36,911 nucleotides of DNA from Naegleria gruberi (Eukaryota), in the NCBI GenBank assembly GCA_000004985.1, contig GG739031.1; one strand, 5' to 3'. The position numbers were made by a program, and so were the translations under genes. The stretch's first letter is position 1, and every line of letters starts with the position of its first letter. Shown here one piece after another: positions 31,155 to 36,911 of this stretch. The notes beneath the pieces were generated by a model that was given only the letters and a program-made list of their open reading frames with translations, searched no databases and had not been told where the DNA came from.

Positions 31155-34100
31155 NNNNNNNNNNNNNNNNNNNNNNNNNNNNNNNNNNNNNNNNNNNNNN
31201 NNNNNNNNNNNNNNNNNNNNNNNNNNNNNNNNNNNNNNNNNNNNNNNNNNNNNNNNNNNNNNNNNNNNNNNNNNNNNNNNNNNNNNNNNNNNNNNNNNNN
31301 NNNNNNNNNNNNNNNNNNNNNNNNNNNNNNNNNNNNNNNNNNNNNNNNNNNNNNNNNNNNNNNNNNNNNNNNNNNNNNNNNNNNNNNNNNNNNNNNNNNN
31401 NNNNNNNNNNNNNNNNNNNNNNNNNNNNNNNNNNNNNNNNNNNNNNNNNNNNNNNNNNNNNNNNNNNNNNNNNNNNNNNNNNNNNNNNNNNNNNNNNNNN
31501 NNNNNNNNNNNNNNNNNNNNNNNNNNNNNNNNNNNNNNNNNNNNNNNNNNNNNNNNNNNNNNNNNNNNNNNNNNNNNNNNNNNNNNNNNNNNNNNNNNNN
31601 NNNNNNNNNNNNNNNNNNNNNNNNNNNNNNNNNNNNNNNNNNNNNNNNNNNNNNNNNNNNNNNNNNNNNNNNNNNNNNNNNNNNNNNNNNNNNNNNNNNN
31701 NNNNNNNNNNNNNNNNNNNNNNNNNNNNNNNNNNNNNNNNNNNNNNNNNNNNNNNNNNNNNNNNNNNNNNNNNNNNNNNNNNNNNNNNNNNNNNNNNNNN
31801 NNNNNNNNNNNNNNNNNNNNNNNNNNNNNNNNNNNNNNNNNNNNNNNNNNNNNNNNNNNNNNNNNNNNNNNNNNNNNNNNNNNNNNNNNNNNNNNNNNNN
31901 NNNNNNNNNNNNNNNNNNNNNNNNNNNNNNNNNNNNNNNNNNNNNNNNNNNNNNNNNNNNNNNNNNNNNNNNNNNNNNNNNNNNNNNNNNNNNNNNNNNN
32001 NNNNNNNNNNNNNNNNNNNNNNNNNNNNNNNNNNNNNNNNNNNNNNNNNNNNNNNNNNNNNNNNNNNNNNNNNNNNNNNNNNNNNNNNNNNNNNNNNNNN
32101 NNNNNNNNNNNNNNNNNNNNNNNNNNNNNNNNNNNNNNNNNNNNNNNNNNNNNNNNNNNNNNNNNNNNNNNNNNNNNNNNNNNNNNNNNNNNNNNNNNNN
32201 NNNNNNNNNNNNNNNNNNNNNNNNNNNNNNNNNNNNNNNNNNNNNNNNNNNNNNNNNNNNNNNNNNNNNNNNNNNNNNNNNNNNNNNNNNNNNNNNNNNN
32301 NNNNNNNNNNNNNNNNNNNNNNNNNNNNNNNNNNNNNNNNNNNNNNNNNNNNNNNNNNNNNNNNNNNNNNNNNNNNNNNNNNNNNNNNNNNNNNNNNNNN
32401 NNNNNNNNNNNNNNNNNNNNNNNNNNNNNNNNNNNNNNNNNNNNNNNNNNNNNNNNNNNNNNNNNNNNNNNNNNNNNNNNNNNNNNNNNNNNNNNNNNNN
32501 NNNNNNNNNNNNNNNNNNNNNNNNNNNNNNNNNNNNNNNNNNNNNNNNNNNNNNNNNNNNNNNNNNNNNNNNNNNNNNNNNNNNNNNNNNNNNNNNNNNN
32601 NNNNNNNNNNNNNNNNNNNNNNNNNNNNNNNNNNNNNNNNNNNNNNNNNNNNNNNNNNNNNNNNNNNNNNNNNNNNNNNNNNNNNNNNNNNNNNNNNNNN
32701 NNNNNNNNNNNNNNNNNNNNNNNNNNNNNNNNNNNNNNNNNNNNNNNNNNNNNNNNNNNNNNNNNNNNNNNNNNNNNNNNNNNNNNNNNNNNNNNNNNNN
32801 NNNNNNNNNNNNNNNNNNNNNNNNNNNNNNNNNNNNNNNNNNNNNNNNNNNNNNNNNNNNNNNNNNNNNNNNNNNNNNNNNNNNNNNNNNNNNNNNNNNN
32901 NNNNNNNNNNNNNNNNNNNNNNNNNNNNNNNNNNNNNNNNNNNNNNNNNNNNNNNNNNNNNNNNNNNNNNNNNNNNNNNNNNNNNNNNNNNNNNNNNNNN
33001 NNNNNNNNNNNNNNNNNNNNNNNNNNNNNNNNNNNNNNNNNNNNNNNNNNNNNNNNNNNNNNNNNNNNNNNNNNNNNNNNNNNNNNNNNNNNNNNNNNNN
33101 NNNNNNNNNNNNNNNNNNNNNNNNNNNNNNNNNNNNNNNNNNNNNNNNNNNNNNNNNNNNNNNNNNNNNNNNNNNNNNNNNNNNNNNNNNNNNNNNNNNN
33201 NNNNNNNNNNNNNNNNNNNNNNNNNNNNNNNNNNNNNNNNNNNNNNNNNNNNNNNNNNNNNNNNNNNNNNNNNNNNNNNNNNNNNNNNNNNNNNNNNNNN
33301 NNNNNNNNNNNNNNNNNNNNNNNNNNNNNNNNNNNNNNNNNNNNNNNNNNNNNNNNNNNNNNNNNNNNNNNNNNNNNNNNNNNNNNNNNNNNNNNNNNNN
33401 NNNNNNNNNNNNNNNNNNNNNNNNNNNNNNNNNNNNNNNNNNNNNNNNNNNNNNNNNNNNNNNNNNNNNNNNNNNNNNNNNNNNNNNNNNNNNNNNNNNN
33501 NNNNNNNNNNNNNNNNNNNNNNNNNNNNNNNNNNNNNNNNNNNNNNNNNNNNNNNNNNNNNNNNNNNNNNNNNNNNNNNNNNNNNNNNNNNNNNNNNNNN
33601 NNNNNNNNNNNNNNNNNNNNNNNNNNNNNNNNNNNNNNNNNNNNNNNNNNNNNNNNNNNNNNNNNNNNNNNNNNNNNNNNNNNNNNNNNNNNNNNNNNNN
33701 NNNNNNNNNNNNNNNNNNNNNNNNNNNNNNNNNNNNNNNNNNNNNNNNNNNNNNNNNNNNNNNNNNNNNNNNNNNNNNNNNNNNNNNNNNNNNNNNNNNN
33801 NNNNNNNNNNNNNNNNNNNNNNNNNNNNNNNNNNNNNNNNNNNNNNNNNNNNNNNNNNNNNNNNNNNNNNNNNNNNNNNNNNNNNNNNNNNNNNNNNNNN
33901 NNNNNNNNNNNNNNNNNNNNNNNNNNNNNNNNNNNNNNNNNNNNNNNNNNNNNNNNNNNNNNNNNNNNNNNNNNNNNNNNNNNNNNNNNNNNNNNNNNNN
34001 NNNNNNNNNNNNNNNNNNNNNNNNNNNNNNNNNNNNNNNNNNNNNNNNNNNNNNNNNNNNNNNNNNNNNNNNNNNNNNNNNNNNNNNNNNNNNNNNNNNN

Positions 34101-34478
34101 NNNNNNNNNNNNNNNNNNNNNNNNNNNNNNNNNNNNNNNNNNNNNNNNNNNNNNNNNNNNNNNNNNNNNNNNNNNNNNNNNNNNNNNNNNNNNNNNNNNN
34201 NNNNNNNNNNNNNNNNNNNNNNNNNNNNNNNNNNNNNNNNNNNNNNNNNNNNNNNNNNNNNNNNNNNNNNNNNNNNNNNNNNNNNNNNNNNNNNNNNNNN
34301 NNNNNNNNNNNNNNNNNNNNNNNNNNNNNNNNNNNNNNNNNNNNNNNNNNNNNNNNNNNNNNNNNNNNNNNNNNNNNNNNNNNNNNNNNNNNNNNNNNNN
34401 NNNNNNNNNNNNNNNNNNNNNNNNNNNNNNNNNNNNNNNNNNNNNNNNNNNNNNNNNNNNNNNNNNNNNNNNNNNNNN
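31155..34478. other. Run of 3,324 N
   Basis: Uninterrupted n characters. The 1,100-1,200-aa ORFs spanning it in the supplied track are poly-X artefacts. Confidence 1.
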
Positions 34479-34706
34479 CCGAAAGGATTGTTTACAATAA
34501 TTAATCAGAATCAGAAGAACTGTTTGAATTCTCTGTTGAAATTCCTCTCTAACTCTCTTCTTGCTGTTATTCTTTTCATTCTCCTTTGATACATCATTAT
34601 CACCCTTCTTCGATTTCTTCCTAAGGATCTCTTCAACTACACTTGTAGTGGATTCACCATTAGAATTCTCACCCTCCAATTTGCTTTTGCTTTGCTCTTG
34701 ATTGTT
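34479..34706 (-). CDS. Internal or 5' coding exon (no ATG in frame) of a minus-strand gene, K/E/S/N-rich, continuing into the N run
   Basis: The frame opens immediately after a TTTTTAG acceptor at 34707-34708. It reads NNQEQSKSKLEGENSNGESTTSVVEEILRKKSKKGDNDVSKENEKNNSKKRVREEFQQRIQ... with no stop or Met in 76 codons. The 'M' assigned by the ORF track at 34679 is a TTG codon. Confidence 0.45.
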
Positions 34707-34744
34707 CTAAAAACATTCTTGTCCTTGGTAAGCTTTGCTCTTAC
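34707..34744 (-). other. Candidate 38-nt intron (GTAAGA...TTTTTAG) joining an upstream mini-exon (ATG AAT GGC AAA, or a longer exon) to the 34706 exon
   Basis: Both splice signals are consensus. Removing 38 nt shifts frame A (...YYRMNGK) into the frame of the downstream exon exactly. The size is at the lower limit for spliceosomal introns, and the GC content (37%) is not lower than the flanking exons. Confidence 0.3.
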
Positions 34745-34858
34745 TTTGCCATTCATTCGATAATAATCTTGATGTGCAAACAAGTAAGATCTGAGCAGTT
34801 CTCTCGGAAAGCTCACAAATTTCAACACTATTACTTGATCGCCATGTTGAATAGTCAA
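34745..34858 (-). CDS. Possible first coding segment, frame A (…FPRELLRSYLFAHQDYYRMNGK); the only in-frame ATG is 4 codons before the donor (34754-34756)
   Basis: The ORF track's start at 34856-34858 is TTG, not ATG. The nearest ATG (caacATGgcg) is out of frame and reads M-A-I-K-stop. It is unclear whether this is coding or 5'UTR. Confidence 0.2.
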
Positions 34859-35125
34859 CTGCGATAATTTGATATCTTGATTTTAGACTTGGTGTACCAG
34901 CTTAGTTATTATCTGAATCTGAATTTGAATCTGATCAGGGCATGAAATCAAAATCTCCAATTTTAGATCAACATTGAAAGGCAACTCTCAAATTTGTTGC
35001 TATGATTCTATGCATGTATTATATATATGAATATTGCAGGATATGATGGCCATGATTCCAGTTCTTTATTGGGAGAAATTCGATCTCCTCTTCCTGAAAC
35101 AAAAATATCCTTCATTTGGAAGATT

Positions 35126-35197
35126 GTCATAATTATGTGGGGGTGGGTGGGTCGTGAAAAAAGGATGTCCATAATTACGTGGTCCAGAGTGGGTCAG
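35126..35197. repeat. Cluster of short repeated motifs: GTC(C)ATAATTA(T/C)GTGG x2 and G-rich GGGTGGGTGGGTC / GTGGGTC
   Basis: 35126-35140 gtcataattatgtgg; 35139-35153 ggggggtgggtgggtc; 35167-35182 gtccataattacgtgg; 35188-35197 agtgggtcag. It lies in the divergent intergenic region between the minus-strand gene (start ~34858) and the plus-strand F-box gene. Confidence 0.5.
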
Positions 35198-35617
35198 AAA
35201 GTAGAGCAGAGCAAAAACAAAAATTGGCAAAAGTAGAGCCGAAGGTTTATTAGCCAAGAGTGAGACAGCGTTCAAAGTATCAATTATCACTTGTTCTGCT
35301 AGCAACAAGTACTTCTGGGTTCTTGATTGTTTGTGTACCAACAACTTTGGGTAGGCATTCATCTAGATTGTTATGGTTGACTGTGCTATGGCTGATGTGG
35401 AAGGAAGCAAAGGGAGAACTCTCCTCCTGGTGGTACTGATGAAGGTTGGTAGTTAGCAGGGTGGTGATGAAATCATGAGTAATTGTTGTTTGTTGTTTTT
35501 TTTTGTTGAATATATAACGGTCAGAACATTCAACTTTCAGCGGTAACATGTTTGCTGGTAGTGTGAAAAAACTCACATGCAGTGGCCAGGATTTGTTGGG
35601 ACGATCTTACAGTGAGG

Positions 35618-35653
35618 TTGGGTGGGTCAAAAAGTGAGGGTCGTAATTATGAC
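35618..35653. repeat. Second copy of the composite motif (TTGGGTGGGTC-AAAAAG-TGAGG-GTCGTAATTATGAC)
   Basis: The same order (GGGTGGGTC, A-run, TAATTA-core element) as at 35139-35182, ~480 bp away and ~75% identical. Confidence 0.45.
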
Positions 35654-36405
35654 AATCTTCCTTTCTTCACAAATCTTATTCGCTGATTTAATATCTTGCT
35701 GAATTGGAACATATGTTGTTGAAAGAGTGAAAATGAGTCCTTCTCCAAAAAGGCAGAATTCATTGCTAAAGGGCAGTATAATCAACAGCATTTTACAAGT
35801 TCAGTTCACAGAACATTTGGAGGTGCCTTCTTTACGGAAACAAATCTTGCTAATCCTTTAACACCTGCAGAACAAGTTCAATAGAATCCATTACGTATTA
35901 TGAACATTGTCAATTATGTGATCTTCTTGATCTGAATGAACCCTTAAATTCAGGACAATGTATTGCTGGCAGCTATGTAGCGAGTAAGAAACGAGATGCT
36001 TTGATACAAAAACCAAGAAGGTTTGTCAGGTTGAGTCCTTTTCTAATGACTTTTATTCAATACAGCTTGCTATTGAAGATACATTTAAAAAAGACTTTAT
36101 TATTTTCAAGACTTGGTGAAATTTCAAATAGTTTCGAAAAAATTTACAAGTCGAGCTTGGGCAATTCTACATTTCGCTCACATCGCAAAAATCCATTAAC
36201 AAAAAATCGTTAAAAGTCAAGCCAGCATTTGCGAAAAGGGTTTAGCGGGAATATAAGTATCTAAGTATTTAATTATTTATTCTTGTACTATTATTATTTA
36301 ATATGAAGAATGAATAACCACTAAAGATTAAAATTGTTTCATTGTTTATTAAGTTCATAACTTAATTTCCAAGTCAAAAAAAACGAACAACTACCTTAAC
36401 CTTAC

Positions 36406-36495
36406 ATGAAGATGAGGATGGTCTTGGTGGCAGGGGTTTCTCTCAGAAAAAACGAAAGTTTTTGGATCATTATTCATCAAACTTTATTAAACCGA
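36406..36495 (+). CDS. Candidate first coding exon of the F-box gene (MKMRMVLVAGVSLRKNESFWIIIHQTLLNR)
   Basis: An ATG at 36406 lies 40 nt after the in-frame stop that opens the downstream long frame. The 30 codons end at a CGA|GTAAAT donor. The long F-box frame has no Met before the F-box, so an upstream start exon is needed. Confidence 0.3.
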
Positions 36496-36542
36496 GTAAA
36501 TATTTAATTCTCTCTCAAGAAAATCTTTGCTCTGATAAACAG
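36496..36542 (+). other. Candidate 47-nt intron (GTAAAT...AAACAG)
   Basis: It joins phase-0 exon 1 to the long open frame at 36543. The acceptor is weak and the intron is short, so this is speculative. Confidence 0.3.
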
Positions 36543-36911
36543 CAGGATGACAAAAATTCACACTTTCGAGAAACAATAATTATTCCAGAGAGAAATAATT
36601 ACAATATTCTTTCCCATAGCCAAATAGTTGATGATTGTTGGCAGATTATTTTTGATTTTGTGGAAAAGATTGAAGATAGGAAGAGTATGATTCTTGTGTG
36701 CAAACATTGGGCCAACATGTTTATTCAACCATTTATTGGATATTGTTATGAGATTTATGACGAAAATAGACATTTGAATGGATTGACAGAATATGTCGAA
36801 GAGAATGGAGAAGATGGATTTGTTTGTGAGGGAGGAATGTTTTTTACTGAAATGGCAACTTGGAAAGAACCTCTTTGCTATGATGGTCTGGAAGAGGAGG
36901 ATACTCTGGAT
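36543..36911 (+). CDS. F-box-like protein, 5' portion; the frame is open to the last base of the window
   Basis: The protein reads QDDKNSHFRETIIIPERNNYNILSHSQIVDDCWQIIFDFVEKIEDRKSMILVCKHWANMFIQPFIGYCYEIYDENRHLNGLTEYVEENGEDGFVCEGGMFFTEMATWKEPLCYDGLEEEDTLD. The segment at ~36627-36728 matches the F-box pattern (W..I...L....L..VCK.W..L). There is no stop in 123 codons, and the same frame is open back to 36366. Confidence 0.55.

Noticed and set aside
34637-34858. The 73-aa ORF 34637..34858 taken as a stand-alone small protein gene.
   Set aside because: Its 'Met' is a TTG codon. It overlaps the start of the long downstream frame, and the two are better reconciled as 5'UTR or mini-exon plus intron. 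I could not match the peptide (…FPRELLRSYLFAHQDYYRMNGKVRAKLTKDKNVF…) to any family from memory.
35126-35653. Possibility that the TAATTA/G-rich repeat is a spliced-leader or snRNA gene.
   Set aside because: There is no match to the SL1 (GGTTTAATTACCCAAGTTTGAG), U6 or other snRNA cores that I can recall, and no Sm site or Pol III box arrangement. It was kept only as a repeat or regulatory observation.
35027-36213. ORFs 35027..35236(+), 35066..35362(-), 35280..35576(-) and 36001..36213(+) in the intergenic region.
   Set aside because: They are short, have no start context or domain, and overlap one another on both strands. The 35027 ORF merely translates the TAATTA/G-rich DNA repeats into a pseudo-repeat peptide. 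They were treated as non-coding.
36558-36773. Minus-strand ORF 36558..36773 (71 aa).
   Set aside because: It is antisense to the open F-box frame, which shows a recognisable motif. The minus-strand product is I/N/L-rich junk.
1-36911. Dictyostelid origin (suggested by the poly-Thr and Asn-rich tracts, AT-rich introns and AAAAATG start contexts).
   Set aside because: Coding regions use NCG codons (TCG, ACG, CCG, GCG) and GGA/CCA/AGA freely, and coding GC is ~38%, which is unlike Dictyostelium discoideum. Nematode-like signals fit better, but the taxon remains unconfirmed.
1-36911. Prokaryotic-style features (operons, CRISPR, defence islands, IS elements).
   Set aside because: The window is eukaryotic: it has spliceosomal introns, AATAAA signals, a nuclear tRNA without encoded CCA, and no direct-repeat/spacer arrays or RBS-coupled gene strings.

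Overview
About 82% of this window is unreadable (30,211 of 36,911 positions are N, in runs 1093-27929, 28910-28959 and 31155-34478), so only ~6.7 kb in four islands can be described. The readable sequence is eukaryotic nuclear DNA, not a prokaryotic locus: it has a canonical cytoplasmic tRNA, short spliceosomal introns with GTAAGT/GTATGT donors, AATAAA signals and AT-rich intergenic DNA. Features supported by the sequence:
- A minus-strand tRNA-Asp(GUC) at 138-208, followed by a Pol III oligo-T run.
- A plus-strand two-exon gene fragment (481-793 and 865-1092, with a 71-nt intron) encoding a Ser/Lys/Glu-rich protein with a KKRK motif and an acidic tract. It runs into the 26.8-kb N block.
- A minus-strand protein-kinase-fold ORF (28013-28906) in which HRD is replaced by HRN and DFG by GFR, so it is predicted to be a pseudokinase.
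- Across a 50-N gap upstream of the kinase, a minus-strand two-exon gene (30093-30548 and 28960-29948, with a 144-nt intron). It encodes an S/T/N-rich tract, about five ankyrin repeats and a P/Q-rich tail carrying four PPxY motifs. The ankyrin and kinase ORFs may be one gene.
- The 5' end (34479-34706, with a possible 38-nt intron) and a 3' fragment (31053-31154) of another minus-strand gene whose body is lost in the 3.3-kb N block.
- A roughly 1.5-kb divergent intergenic region containing repeated TAATTA-core and G-rich motifs.
- The 5' part of a plus-strand F-box-like gene (36543-36911, with a possible 47-nt intron) that runs off the window end.
Codon usage (GGA, CCA and AGA frequent; NCG codons present), 38-144-nt introns and TTTTCAG/TTTCCAG acceptors just upstream of start codons are nematode-like. 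That assignment is unproven. The supplied ORF track uses TTG as a start codon ('M') in at least two ORFs, which misplaces start codons. I see no novel multi-gene system in the readable part, and nothing can be said about the masked 82%.
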